The notes below the pieces were generated by a model, which worked only from the letters and a program-made list of their open reading frames with translations, was not told where the DNA came from and ran no database searches. This document shows, one piece after another, positions 39,629-54,523 of a stretch of 64,000 nt of DNA. Both the position numbers and the translations under genes were made by a program. Origin of the DNA: Eledone cirrhosa (lineage: Eukaryota); assembly GCA_964016885.1 (NCBI GenBank), contig OZ024745.1, forward strand, positions 121,954,001 through 122,018,000, given 5' to 3'. Every line of letters begins with the position of its first letter. Within the stretch, counting starts at the first letter, position 1.

Positions 39629-40064
39629 TTGACCCATTGATACCAAATCACCTGAAACTGACCCTGATTCTATGATACAATGCTGTTTCTTTTAAAGTAT
39701 TTTTATGTATCTAAGAACCTTTCATCATTATTTTACATAGTATCGGTAGAGGGTCGGACGCCATGCTTTGCAGCACAGTTACGTCCCTTTACGGACTGAG
39801 TTTAAATCCCGCCAAGGTTAATTTTGCCTTTCATCCTTACGGGGTCGATAAAATAAAGTACCAGTAATACACTGAGATAATTGCTGGCCCTATGCCAAAA
39901 GTAGAAACAATTATTTTACATAAGAACCTTTAAGTTATGTTCCAAACTCCAGCTTAATAATAAAATTATATTACTAAATCCCTCCAAATTATTGATTATT
40001 ATCAAAATGATCTAACAATTATTGTTAGTGGCTTTCATTAGAAATATGGTAATGAAAGGGTTAA
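39629..40064 (+). mobile_element. MITE family B interrupted by SINE family 1 (39740-39909)
   Basis: 13-bp TSD ATTATTTTACATA at 39727-39739 and 39910-39922. Confidence 0.85.
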
Positions 40065-40137
40065 TCAATTCTATTGGTAGTTATATTATATTCTATACAC
40101 TAGCTTACAGTTTATTACTGTTTGGCCATATTAAGTA

Positions 40138-40537
40138 TTCTTCTTCTTCGCCCACTTAATCCTGGAAGGGTCGTGGGGACAGAGTCCTCAAACACTCCCT
40201 CCAGATAGTCCTGTCAGAAGCAACCGTCTCCAACTGATCTGGCTGGATCCCCAAGCATGATCAGCCAAGCTAATGGATGTTATCCAACCATCTTGCTCGG
40301 GATCTACCCCTGGGTCTCCCGCCAGCTGATTTTGCCTGTAAAATCTGTCCAGCAATTCTTTCTTGAGACATTCTAACCACATGTCCATAGTATCAGAGCT
40401 GTGATCTCTCAATTCGGAGAAATAGCGGCTCTAGCTGGAGTGACTCTCTGAACTCCGAGCTAACCACTTTATCGAGTAACATTACTCCAAAGACCCATCA
40501 GAGGAATCCCATTTTGGCTGTTTGTATTCGCGATTGT
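40138..40537 (-). mobile_element. RTE LINE 3' fragment with a (GAA)n tail
   Basis: Matches 46900-47260. Confidence 0.88.
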
Positions 40538-43039
40538 ATTATGTATTGCTGTAATAATTAATAATCAATGTAATAGTTGATGTAATGTATCAGCTATTAT
40601 TAACTTACATGTTGTCTACTAATTTTCTCTCTAGAAATGGATTCATTATTTCTTGTTAGGAATGTTATAAACACAAAAAAAGAAAAATGTTTGCTATGCC
40701 TGTAGAATGAATGAAAAACATATCTTTGTTGAAATATTCACTGTTTGAATGTGGATGCTTAATTTCCATTGTTTCTTTGTTACAAAGGATTGCTTTTAGT
40801 CATATCATAGTTAATTATCTTTTATATTTAGTAATTTTGTGTGAAACAAGTGCTTCCACACTGCCATATTTCATCTACTTTTAGTTTACATCTTTCTAAA
40901 TTTTTGTTTGAAAACATAGCAAAAACTAAATTCATTTGTAATATAAGTTAAGTAATATTTATTTCTAATTATGTTAATGGAAGCTTAGCTTCAGAGATAT
41001 CCACTTGCTTCGTTATTGCTTTCCATTCAACTATTTTCAGCTGTTTCCCTTCATTCTATGAATTCAGTTTTTGCTTTTAGTGTTTTTCATAGTTATTTTC
41101 CATTTTGCATTCTTGCTTTCATCAGTGTTCTGACTTCATTAATTTAATCGAAGCACTCAATACATATATATCTTTAGAATTCACAAGCTGATTGTTGCAA
41201 ACAATAGAGAAACTTTCCACAGCTGTCACTTTTTTTTTTTTTTTACATATATTGCGGACTTTTTAAAAAATATTGTTATTAAACTTTATAGTTATCGGTT
41301 TATAGATAATAACGCTGTTCTGTTGAAGCTGTATCTCATCCCTGTTGTTGCATCTTCTTAATATTCAATACACTCTACAGAAACATATATCTTAGCAGCA
41401 GTTTCAGCAGGAAACTATATTTGAATCAATGGAAGAAACCAATTTACAATTTGTTTTCACCACCAACATCATCATGTATTTAACATTTAACTCACTAGAG
41501 TATGACAGTCTACTGTAGAATGTTGGACTCTTTTTAATATGTTCTCCAACTGTCTGTGTTATGTTTGCAACATTTTTCTCTGGTTCATCACTTTGAACAA
41601 ATCTACTGTGGATATGGTTATTTATTTTCACTGAAAGGATTATTTACAAACAAGGATGGGAAATGCAATTGGTAAAGAGAAAACAGGTATATAGTAGTTT
41701 TACTTTACTTTTTCCCTTCTATAGCGTTAGTTTTTTTTTTTTCTCTCCTTTGATAATGTATTTAGTCCTTTGTATGTACTTAGCCAACTTCAGTGTTTTG
41801 GTTGAGCTGATCGTTGATACAGTATATTTTCATCTCATCTCATAGTATACTAGCTATAGTATACTAACATATATACTAGCTATAGTATATACGTTAGTAT
41901 ATATTATATATATATACTAACATATATATACTATAGTATATATGTTAGTATATAGTTAGTATATAGTATATATTTCAAAGTATATGAGTCTTGTTATTTT
42001 AGCTTCTTGCTTTTATTAAGACTGATTGCAGTGTATGGAAATTACTTACTATACTTTTAAACTACCAACTTTTGGAATTAATTGCAATTACTATGTTTTA
42101 AAATTAAGTCTTTATGTAATCATTTAATTTCTTTATCCGAAATATCTTCTATCTCAGAATGTAACTAAAAAGATTGGTTTGATTTTAGTTTTAAAAATGT
42201 TTTCCATTCATTACCCTCATTCTACTGTTTGTTAGCTAAAACTTTATCAGACCAATAAACCCTAACCCATTACCATATTTCTAATGAAAGACATTACTTA
42301 CTATGTTTAAAAATAATCAAGTATTTGAAGGGATTTTGTAATAGAGCTGATTTTCTCATTATTGAAGTGATGTTTGGAGTAGTTCTTAACAAATGTTCTT
42401 ACATAAAATTATGATGGAAGGTTTTTTGATAAATATGGTATGTATCTATAGACTTGTAACTTTTGATGGAGTAATAGGGATGCCATAGTGACATACGTGA
42501 CTTGGGCATTTAAAACTTGGTGAAGCCCATCCTCTCTTCAAGTCTGAACACAGGAGTGAGAGACGAAATGAGAAAGACATTTAGAGGCAGAATTGACTTC
42601 TGTACTAGACTGGTACTTTTTTCATCAACTTCAAATGGATGAAAGGCAAAGTTGACCTAGGCAAGATTTTGAACTCAGAGTGCAGAGAGCTGGAACGAAT
42701 ACTGTAAAGCATTCTCCTAATATCCTAACAACTCATCTAATTTATTACCTTAGATAAATATTAACACTTTAAAATAATTTTGTATCATACAACCAGGGGC
42801 AATATCAGGTGGTTTGGTATCAAAAGACTTCAAGTAAATCACTTTAAATAATTTTTTAGCATATTTTTTTTAAAATGTATTTTACATACTCAAGTTTATT
42901 TAAACATTTCTGCAGTGGACTAAGCAGGATAATAATGTTCATAAATGAAGTTCTTAAAGAAATAGATTTGAAAATTGTGCAGTAAAATGGCGTTAGACTA
43001 TTGACTCTATCTTTTGAATAGTAATATGAATGTAACAAT

Positions 43040-43340
43040 CATGAGGTTGTGAGTTCGATTCTCAGACCGAGCTTTGCATTGTGTTCTTAAGTAAGACACT
43101 TTATTTCATGTTGCTCTGGCTCACTCAGCTGTAGAAATGAGTTGCAACGTCACTGGTGTCAAACTGTATTGTTCTTTGCCTTTCCCATGGCCCTCATCAG
43201 TGGCGTGGAGAGGGTGGACTGGTATACATGGGTGACTGATGGTCTTCCACAAACAACCTTGTCTGGACTTGTGCCTTGGAGAGCAAACTTTATAGGTGCA
43301 AATCCCATGATCATTCGTGACTGAAGGGGGTCTTTACCTT
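43040..43340 (+). mobile_element. CORE-type SINE with the alternative tail
   Basis: B-box GAGTTCGATTC and CORE-like block; similar to 60235-60555. Confidence 0.85.
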
Positions 43341-43920
43341 TTATGTATGTAAATAAACAATGATTTTTGTGTTTCATCATCATCATCATCATCATTATCA
43401 CATCTGTTTTTCCATGCTTGCATGGGTTTGAAAAGTCCTCTCCACTACTTGTCTCTCTTCTTTGTCAAATCCTTTGTGAAGTGTAGTTTCTTTAAATTAG
43501 GTTTTTCCACCCCTGCCCATATCTTTCTTGGCCTTCTTCTTCTGTGACAGATATGTGATAGTTAATTACTGATTGTTATAAATTAATTACTGGTTCTTAA
43601 TTTATAAATGTTCAAACACAGTATGATTTCACCTAGGATTTGAACTTAGAACTGTTATACAATAAACTATAGAATAGTAAAATATGTACTAGTATTATCA
43701 TATTTTCTAGGTTACCTTCCTTGTTCATGCACAAATCTATATATATATATATATATATCAGAACAAAAATGTCTGTCTGTATGTATGAAGTCTATGCATT
43801 TCCAGTTTCCTCAGATTTTATTCAAATTTAATACATAGGTTATTTAGCTCCCGGAGAATGTCAACATATCATTTAAATTTGTGCCCCCCCCCCCCCCCAT
43901 ATCAGAGTTCTGGCTGCTAT

Positions 43921-44130
43921 TTAATCCTTTAGTATTTACATTACTCTATATTTACTATTGTATTTTCATGGTAAAGGCTTTGTCACATAATATCGAATCT
44001 GAGATTTTGATATTATTCATTTTGAGAACAATACCTTAATCTCAGTATGAGTGGCCAGTTACGACCAGTTTGAACAGAAAGAGGTGAGAATTCTGGCTGG
44101 ATACAGCTGGTTTAAATGCTAATGGGTTAA
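43921..44130 (-). mobile_element. MITE family A
   Basis: TIRs and TTAA flanks present. Confidence 0.88.
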
Positions 44131-44802
44131 AGATGGCCATGTTGAGGAGGGTGTTTATTGACAGTGGCAAAGCAGGTGTGCCTGACAACGACGGGCTCTT
44201 TAATAATTGTTTCTACTATTGGCACAAAGCCAGCAATTACCCAGTACATTACTGGTATTTTATTTTATCGACCACATAAGGATGAAAGGCAAAGTAATAT
44301 CCTAAAATATGAGGTTAAAAGTGTGACCAGTATTTACTTTTCAAGAAATAATTTATCTCGCAGATTCAGGAGAGTAAGAAAGACATTGCATAATAATTAT
44401 AATGAAGCTGTGTGAGTGATGCAGTGCAAATAATATGAGGTATATTTAGATATGTAATACACTGTTATAGATGGAGTATAACTATAGGAAACACTAAGGA
44501 CAGGAGATAATGAAGGAAAGGTATTGAACTCTTAAAGTCTGGGTGTCTACGTCATTCAAACAAAAATGTACAATGCGCTTGTTTGTTTTCTATATATAAA
44601 TTTCTGTGATTCTGTCACAACATGAAAAGAGAGAGGAGTAGTTTGACTACCTCATACTACTCCTCACTGTTTACATCTGCTGCCTGCGTGAATGCATGTG
44701 TGTGTAAAAGGAAGGAAGTGGATGATGAAAAAAACTACACTGTGGGTGTATGTGTATGTGTTTGTGTGAATGTATGTCTGTGTTTGGATGTTAATATTTA
44801 GA

Positions 44803-45160
44803 GATCCTCTGAAGGGTCTTTGAAGTAACATTACTTGAAAGTGTGTAGCCCAGAAATCAGAGAATCACTCCAGATAGAACCACTACTCTGAATAGAGAGA
44901 TCACACCTCCGATACTTTGGGCATGTGGTTAGAATGTCTCAAGAAAGAATCGCTGGACATTTTATGAGCATAACCAACTGGCAAGAGACCCAGGGGTAGA
45001 CCTTGAGCAAGATAGTTGGATAACATCTATGAGCTTGGTTAGTCTTGCTTGGGGATCCAGTCAATCAGTTGGAGATGGTTGTTTCTGATAGGACCCTCTG
45101 GAAGGAGTGTCTGAGGACTCAGCCCCCACAACCCTCTCATGAATAAGTGGGTGAAGAAGA
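44803..45160 (+). mobile_element. RTE LINE 3' fragment
   Basis: Matches 46930-47260; ends TAAGTGGGTGAAGAAGAA. Confidence 0.88.
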
Positions 45161-45774
45161 ATATTAAGAAAAACTGCTGTAACTTTGAAAATGATGAAAC
45201 TTGAGGTATACCTGTATATTAAAAATTAGTCATATGTATAACTTATGCTGAGGCAAGGAAAAACGACTAGAATTTAAAGCCCACAGTCTAGTTTCATCAT
45301 GGGTTTCTCTGATCAGGACATAGGGCTAACCAACAACAGCTTTATTTAATTTCAATAAATTTCTGGAATGTAAGTAAGTAGCTTTAAATAATTTCTGTTT
45401 TAAAGTCATGGCTCGGGTGGAAGTTTAAATGTCTGCAGTAAACTAATGTGAAGACTTCAATTTTTAATGTGATGTAGTCATAAAGTGTTGTTTTGTACCT
45501 TTCAAGAATGTTGTGCTAATGTGGTTTGATGTGGTTCAGAATGATAAGAGTTTATATATGCTATGTATATCATCAACGTTTAATGTTTATTTTTCCATGC
45601 TTGCATGAGTTAGACGGGTCGCCCATGTCATGAGACAAGTCTGCCCAGTTGGCTGTGTTATACTCTGCTCGGAACTATAGTTTGGAAGCTGGGTGGTCCC
45701 ACTATGAGGGAGGTCTGGCCAGTTGGCCACACCACCTTACGCATAGTGGGGCCCTCGGTGATATGTGACTAATC

Positions 45775-47262
45775 TCTCAGAGGCTGAAGTTACAAGAGGA
45801 GTTAAAGAGCTCAAATGGCCTCTTGGGAAGACAAAATCTGGCTGGAGATGTTAAAAGCCTTAAATAGAGAAGGTATTCTCTGGTTGACTGATGTGTACCA
45901 GGTGGCTTGGATCTCTGGAAAGGCACCTAAGCAATGGCAATCAGAAGTGATAATCTCAATTTTTAAAATGGGAAACAAGTAAGATTGTTCCAATTACAGA
46001 GGGATCTCTTTGTTAAACCTCCCCGGTAAAGTCTATGCTAAGTGTCTGGCAAAGAGATGCAGGGAGATTGTTGAGTTCAAACTAGCTGATGAACAGTGCG
46101 GTTTTCACCCTGGATGCAACACAGCCAACCAAATATCTACACTGCAGCCAGTCTTTGAAACAACGTGGGAGTATTGCCATGAGGTATATTCTTGTTTTGT
46201 TGACCTCGAAAAGGCATATGACCACGTTCCTTGGGACTTGCTGTGGAAGGTTCTGCAGGAGTATGGGATCGATGGTCAGCTTCTTGCTGCACTGATGACT
46301 CTGTACAAATGCCTGAGTATTTGTGTTCAGATAAATGGTGCTAAATCGAAACCATTCAATGTGAGATTCAGACTCTGCCAAGGGTGTGTACTGTCACCTC
46401 TCCTGTTCATTATTTTCCTGAACAGGATTGACATATGCAGCCAGGTTAGAAGTGGCATCATGACTGGAGTGTGTAAAATCAGTTGGTGGGAATTTGCAGA
46501 CAACATTATGTTACTTAACTCGACAGAAGATAATATCTGACTTGCATTTGATAGGTTTAATGCTGAGTGCTGCTTGGTTGGAATGAAAATCGGTGCTGCG
46601 AAAACTGAGATATTCGTCCTCTCAGGAAAGCCTGCACAGTGCACTCTACATCTGAATGGAGTTTCACTGAAGCAGGTAGAGAAGTTCAAGTACCTCGGGA
46701 CCATGTTCATGAGTGATGGAAGGCAGGAGGCTGAATTAAGTGCAAGAATCACAGGAGCTGGTGCAGTAATGCACCAGCTTTAGCATTCAGTAATTGGAAG
46801 ATGGGAGGTTGGCATAAAAGCCAGACTCGCTATCTTCAATTCGATATTTGTGCCAACTCTTTCCTATGGTCATGAATCTTGGGTAATTACTGAAAGAATA
46901 CGATCGCGAATACAAGCGACCAAAATGAGGTTCCTCCGAAGGGTCTTTACTCAATAGAGTGCGTAGCTCAGAGATCAGATAGTCACCTTATGTAAAGCCA
47001 CTACATCTCTGAATTGAATTGAGAGATCATAGCTCAGTTACTATAGGCATGTGGTTCGAATGTCTCAGGAAAGAATTGTCGGACAAAACCCAGGGGTAGA
47101 CCCAGGAATAAACGCTGAGCAAGATGGTTGGATAACATCCATGAGCTTGGCTGGTCTCATTTGGGAATCCAGCTGGATCAGTTGAAAATGGTTGCTTCTG
47201 ACAGGACCAGCTGGAAGGAGTGTTTGAGGACTCTTCCACGACGACCCTCTCAAAAAGAAGAA
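45775..47262 (+). mobile_element. RTE-clade LINE, 5'-truncated RT pseudogene
   Basis: NYRGISLLNLPGKVYAK, EQCGF, CFVDLEKAYDHVP, QGCVLSPLLF, FADN, VEKFKYLG, PTLSYGHESW; in-frame stops. Confidence 0.95.
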
Positions 47263-47989
47263 AAAGAATTTATTTGTATCTAATTTTGCTGACATTTTAT
47301 TAAATCCTCTTTGTAACTGATTTATATTTTCTGATAAAAATAATTTCATTTCCAGGTTGAAATTGAAGTAATAAAAAACAAACGAACAAAAGAAATAAAT
47401 ACCAAAATATGAAATTACACATAATCAATAACTGACTGAAAACTGTCTGTTGACAGTTGTCATGACACCAATCCTCTTATTATAAACAGTTTGATAGATT
47501 ACTCACCAACTTCTAGTTTTGGGTATTATGGAGTAGCAAATTCAACATAGCTCTGCATTTTATAAAATACAGTGATGAGTTTGGAGTCATTAGAGCATTA
47601 AGCAAAATTACTTGCAGTATTTGCAAAAAAATTATTTATGGAATATATCATGTAAATACATCATCATCATCATCATTGCTAGAAAAAGGGCTATAGCATT
47701 CTCTCCCTCTCATACACAAAATTTTGAAGATATTCTTTGGAAACAAAATATATATCACTTAAAAATAATTCTTTTCATTAATTTTTTAATTTTTTATTTT
47801 CATTAAATTAAAATTTAAGAATTGTTATCAACTACATCAATATTATACAGACTTGACTACACTCACTATTTATGTAAGATATATCCTTAGATAGACTTCA
47901 TTAAAACTTGGTTTTAATTGAAAACTACAACACTTCATCTAGATAGATAAATGAATAAATGTACAAAACTTGAATATAAGAACTTTTAT

Positions 47990-48290
47990 TTGTGGAATAT
48001 ATCATGTAAATACAGTTTAATAGAAAAAGAAAAAGAAGAGAATTTAGATTGAGAAGAATGGAATGTAAAATAGGAAAATATAGAAAAAAAGAGAAAAAGT
48101 AAAAGAAAATGGAAAAGTGTCACAAAAGAATGGAGGGAGGGGGGGGGGGGGGGTGATTGGGCCCTGGGCCTAGGACATGGTAGTAAAGTGGTTGCACTCT
48201 GCGGACAAGACCACAAGCATTTCCGTGGACAATGACCAGTGACACCTGCTGCAACAGCCATCCTTCCTCAGACAGACTGCCGACATTCCA
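47990..48290 (-). mobile_element. CRE-like non-LTR retrotransposon 3' end
   Basis: GWLLQQVSLVIVHGNA followed by a pyrimidine-rich UTR. Confidence 0.7.
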
Positions 48291-48839
48291 AGCTCTTTTC
48301 TCTGTTATTATCAAGCTTGACTTTGCCATTGATTCTTTTGGTCCTTGGGTGCTTTTAGCAGAGTCCATTCTGTTGCATTCAGACTAGGTCAGCATTTAAA
48401 GATACCTTTTCCCTCCCATTAATCTTGGAAACCCTGAAAACAGGCCTTTTGGCTAAATTGTACAAAACAAAAACAACACTATTTTTACATTGTATGACAT
48501 TTAGTGGCTTTGGTATAATTTATTGACATCAAGTTGGAACTTGCTGATAAGTGGCTTTTAAACTTCACAGTATAAAGAATAGATATATTTAAAAACAAAA
48601 ATTAGATTTAGATTTACTATGAGCTCTTGTCAACAATGTATAGTGTTTTTTTTGTTTGTTTGTTTTACTTGATATATTACTTAAATTTCTTTGATCAGGG
48701 CCACACATTTGAGGAGTATAGTCAATTAAATCAACCTTAGTATTTCACTGGTACTTTAGAATATCGACCCTGGAGGGGTAAAAGGTAAAGTTGATCTCAG
48801 AATGTAACAGCATACAGACCTTGCCCAATTGCATCTCTT

Positions 48840-49208
48840 AAAGGCGATGACACAGGACTGAGGCCTCTGGCATTACGCAGTAATACAGAAGACCCGAGTT
48901 CCTACGAGAACAAGCTGAAGCATATAGACAATATTCCTCCATGCCCCTCCCACTGTAAAGTGGTCGCGTAGGTGTCACGACAAAAAAAGCACCTAGTACT
49001 CACTGTAAAGTGGTCGGTGGGCGCCACAGTAAAAACACCCAGTACTCACTGTAAATGAAGTTGGTGTTAGGAAGGGCATCCAGCTGTAGGAACTGAGCCA
49101 AAATCAGTTCTGTAAGAGCAAGACATGGTCACCTGATTTGGCATTGTCCACAACAGGATAACCCGTCTAACCCATGCTAGCATGGAGACGTAAAACGGTG
49201 ATGATGAT
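48840..49208 (+). mobile_element. (GAT)n-tailed SINE-like repeat, family 3
   Basis: GTTGGTGTTAGGAAGGGCATCCAGCTGTAG .. CCCATGCTAGCATGG .. GATGATGAT. Confidence 0.82.
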
Positions 49209-49564
49209 TTAGAAAATCATTTTATTCTGCTCCTCTCATGATTCCCCTAATCGACTGCCCTTAATAAAAGAACGAGTTTTCTTGTTTGTTGGTGTCACAT
49301 GTCTAATACCAGCTTCTCTTTTCATTTGGTCATGTGATATAGTCTATTGTTTGCTCAGGGTGTTATTGTCAACATCTGTCCTTTTTTTCTCTTTCAATGG
49401 ACCAGCTGTTACAGTTCTTTCTACTTTTTCAACAGGGTTGCTCGTTTCTTTCTCTGCATTTGCATGAATTTAGTAAAAGAAGCATAAGTCATGACAGAAG
49501 AGCTTTATTTGAGAAAAAATGGGCATAATTAATCTTGAGTCTCTTCTTGACACATCCACCCTGT

Positions 49565-49790
49565 TAACATTAATGACTGCTTCAATATGAGGTCTTAAAC
49601 ATTGACTGGCCTGAGATGATCTTTGTGTATTTTGGACATTAGTTATGAGATTTTATAGTGTTATGGAGGCATTGGTTGACTTTCCTCTTGAATACACCCC
49701 ATATGTAGTAATCCAACCGGATTCAGGTCTGGAGAGCTAAGATGCCATATGTTTGGGGTAAAGCTCTTGATATTTCAACTTGCACAACAA
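49565..49790 (-). pseudogene. Tc1/mariner transposase C-terminal fossil (second family)
   Basis: FTPNIWHLSSPDLNP/LDYYIWGVFKRKVNQCLHNTIKS..RPHIEAVINV. Confidence 0.8.
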
Positions 49791-50337
49791 GGGCTCTCTG
49801 TAGATCAATGTTTTTTTTTTTTGTCTTTGCAGACATGAATTGGCTTCTCTGCATCATATATGTCTTGTATCAAAGGTTCTTATGCCCAATTCTTCCGACT
49901 GTGCCTTGAAACCTTCAACTCTGTAACAGTGGGACTATTTGACTTTCTGGAGTTCTTATTGATAATTTTCTGCACCTGACAGTAGACCCACTTCAGTACT
50001 GATACAAACTGTGAAGACCTATTCAACCTTTGCTAGAAAGAAAAGGGGATGTTAATGATGATGAGTATAGAGAAAAACTGGGTTCAAGAAGGTTGGACGT
50101 TGTGTGTAATAAAGAGATTTGTTCTGGTACTGACACACACGCATGCATGCACGCATGCGCGTGCTTGGAGTGTAATATGAAGTTACTGTAGGTTCACCCA
50201 TTACAACAGCAGAGGTCCAACGAGCTTTTGATTCCAGAGTCGGGCCAGATCGATACAGATCAAACCTTGAGCTGATCAATAACGAAATGTGCATCACCAA
50301 TCAATAAATGTAATGAAGGCTTAACAAATCGTCCTTG

Positions 50338-50399
<62 letters not shown>

Positions 50400-50884
50400 T
50401 CTTGGCAATTAGGTAAGTGGCAGGAGTTCCAAGTGGAATGAAGTCACAGAGGAGAAAGACTTAAAAAAGCAGGGCAGAAGTGGTGAAAGCTGAAACTCAC
50501 AAGTGTTGAGATAGTTTTGAAGAGGTCCTGTCCAACCCATGCTAGCATGGAAAATAGCTATAAAAATGATAGAGCTGTTCTAATTTGACACTTAAGTTTG
50601 AATAAATATATAAAGATCTTATTCTTTTGGCGTTAAAAGCCACGTTGTCATAATGTTTCTATGGTCTGTTATTTGGCATAAAATATAGGTTATAAATATT
50701 ACTGGTTTTGCTATAAGAACTGCTCTCTTGCTGGATGAGGTTCCATATATCTTAATATTATGTTACAAGTTTTGACAGGAATTGAAAACAATTTAAAATA
50801 ACTTTACTTGTGAAAAGAAAAAAGAAAAAAGAAAAGTTGACTGTATAAATGTGTGTGCAAATGTGTGTACCTACGTACCATTAC

Positions 50885-51110
50885 ACAAACATGCAACCCT
50901 CCACACACATTCATTAGTGGTGTACATACATGAATACCCTTACATAGACATGCAAACCTCCACACACACATTCATTAGTGGTGTACATACATGAATACCC
51001 TTACATAGACATGCAAACCTCCACACACACATTCATTAGTGGTGTACATACATGAATACCCTTACATAGACATGCAAACCTCCACACACACACATTCATT
51101 TGTGGTGTTT
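50885..51110. repeat. ~61-bp tandem repeat, ~3.5 copies
   Basis: Unit ACATGCAAACCTCCACACACACATTCATTAGTGGTGTACATACATGAATACCCTTACATAG. Confidence 0.9.
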
Positions 51111-51256
51111 TATGTATATACACATATAAACAGTCAAACATTAACTGAATGAACACTCACTACATGTTTTTCAAAGGATAATTTATTTTTGAAAGGAAAA
51201 TTTGGCAGTGATTTCAAGGTTTCAGCTGTAATGTGTGTATGTGTATTTATAAGTGA

Positions 51257-52378
51257 CTAGCTGGCCCCGTGTCCTCAAAAATGAGGGCTAATTGTAATAT
51301 CTATACATAATATAAAAAAGAGATGTTTGCTTGTTGGTTGGTTCCTTCATACTCGCTCACATAAGTGATACAAACATACAAACACACAGCTGTGATGAAT
51401 CATAGAACGCTGGACTTCTATAGTTTCTCACCCCCTTCCTTCCTCAGTCGACATCATCACCCCTTCCTTCCTCAGTCGACGTCATCACCCCTTCCTTCCT
51501 CAGTCGACGTCATCACCCCTTCCTTCCTCAGTCGACGTCATCACCCCTTCCTTCCTCAGTCGACATCATCACCCCTTCCTTCCTCAGTCGACGTCATCAC
51601 CCCTTCCTTCCTCAGTCGACGTCATCACCCCTTCCTTCCTCAGTCGACGTCATCACCCCTTCCTTCCTCAGTCAATGTTATCACCCCTTCTTTTCTCAAT
51701 CGATGTTATCACCGCTTCCTTCCTCAGTCGACGTCATCACCCCTTCCTTCCTCAGTCGACGTCATCACCCCTTCCTTCCTCAGTCGACGTCATCACCCCT
51801 TCCTTCCTCAGTCGACGTCATCACCCCTTCCTTCCTCAGTCGACGTCATCACCCCTTCCTTCCTCAGTCGACGTCATCACCCCTTCCTTCCTCAGTCGAC
51901 GTCATCACCCCTTCCTTCCTCAGTCGACGTCATCACCCCTTCCTTCCTCAGTCGACGTCATCACCCCTTCCTTCCTCAGTCGACGTCATCACCCCTTCCT
52001 TCCTCAGTCGACGTCATCACCCCTTCCTTCCTCAGTCGACGTCATCACCCCTTCCTTCCTCAGTCGACGTCATCACCCCTTCCTTCCTCAGTCAATGTTA
52101 TCACCCCTTCTTTTCTCAATCGATGTTATCACCGCTTCCTTCCTCAGTCGATGTTATCACCCGTTCCTTCCTCGGTTGACCTAATCACCCTTTTCTTCAG
52201 TCGATGCTATCACCCCTTTCGATGTTATCACCTCTTTCCACATAATCACCTCTTTCGACATAATCACCCCTTTCGACATAATCACCCCTTTCTTCCTCAG
52301 TTGATGTAAACGCCCCTTCCTTCCTCAGTCATCTCTAGTGTGTGACGGACAAATACACACGGCTATTATATTAATGGA
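51257..52378 (-). mobile_element. Probable non-autonomous Helitron carrying a minisatellite
   Basis: Minus strand: TCCATTAATATAATAGCC start; short hairpin CCTCA-TTTT-TGAGG, then CTAG. Confidence 0.55.
51425..52330. repeat. 28-bp tandem minisatellite, ~30 copies
   Basis: Unit GTCATCACCCCTTCCTTCCTCAGTCGAC. Confidence 0.97.
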
Positions 52379-52665
52379 CGGTGGCTGTTTGCAAGAAGTT
52401 GACTAGAAGACAACATAAGCAGTGTAATCAAGGATAGTAGATGGATGTATGATGGTGGGACAGAGCGTGTGGTGGTTAGCGACAGAGAGGTATTTTGGTA
52501 AGTGAGAGTGCATACATGATCACATGCATGTATGCACAACTAAAGATGCTGAAGTTAGAAAATGCAACTAACCAATTTGTGAACTATTTGAATTTTACTT
52601 CAAAGAATTACCTATTTTCAAAATTATAAACAACTTCTCATGTGACTCATATAAATTAATATATA

Positions 52666-53461
<796 letters not shown>

Positions 53462-54523
53462 TTACTAGAATTCTTTTCCATACGCTGGTGCACATGTGTA
53501 TATGTGTGTGCATATGTGTATGTGCATATGCATACATTTATATGTATGAGTATATAAATATAAATGCGCAAACACACGCACTTACAAAAATACACACTGA
53601 CAGACATACATTCACAAACACATACATACATTCACACACTCACACACATACATTTACACAAACATACACATACACTCAAACACAGTGTAGTTTTTCACCA
53701 TCCCCTTCCTTCCTTTTACACACACATACATACATGCAGACAGCAAATGTAAAGAGAGAGAAGTAGTATGAGGTAGTCAAACTACTCCTCTCCCTTTCCA
53801 TGTTGTGACAGAATCGCAGAAATTTATATTTAGATACGTAAAGGTTTCCATGAACACTACATCGGTGAAACAAATCTGACACTCTGACAAAGGATGACAG
53901 TATATCATCATCGCAGGTTTTCTACGGCTGGATGCCCTTCCTAACACCAACCACATTTACAGTGTGGACTAGGACCCTTTTTACTGTGTCTCCTACATGA
54001 CCACTTTACAGTATGGACTGGGTGCTTTTTGTTGTGTCACCAACACGACCACTTTACAGTGGATGGAAATGGGAGGATGGAGTAGGGTGTGTGGGGTGTA
54101 TATTGGGTTAAGAGGTGCCTACGACTGTAGGTTTAAGTTTATATGCAAGGGAAAGCGAGTCTTCTGTATAACTGCATAGCGCCAACAAATTAATGACCGG
54201 TTCACAATAAAAATCCCTCTAAGTTAACATGTATAAAGTTACAGAGGACGAATCGTGTCAAATTTCAGTGATTTCCCATTCTACCATGCCTATATATAAT
54301 GTGTGTTGCAATTAAAACAATTGTATTTTGGTGATTAATGTAGTAATTAACTAATAACATCCTGTAACAAGATAGCAGAAAATACATAAAAACAGGTTTG
54401 TTGATTCAAATGTTTATAGGAGGAGCAAACGTTTGATCGAAAATATTTCAGCTTGTCCATCATATTTAATTGCAAACAGTCTATCTAGCACTCCATTATC
54501 CAACATATTGTAACATTCCTTAT

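Noticed and set aside
51365-52309. 314-aa S/P/H-rich ORF
   Set aside because: Product of a stop-free 28-bp tandem repeat that is open in all three plus frames
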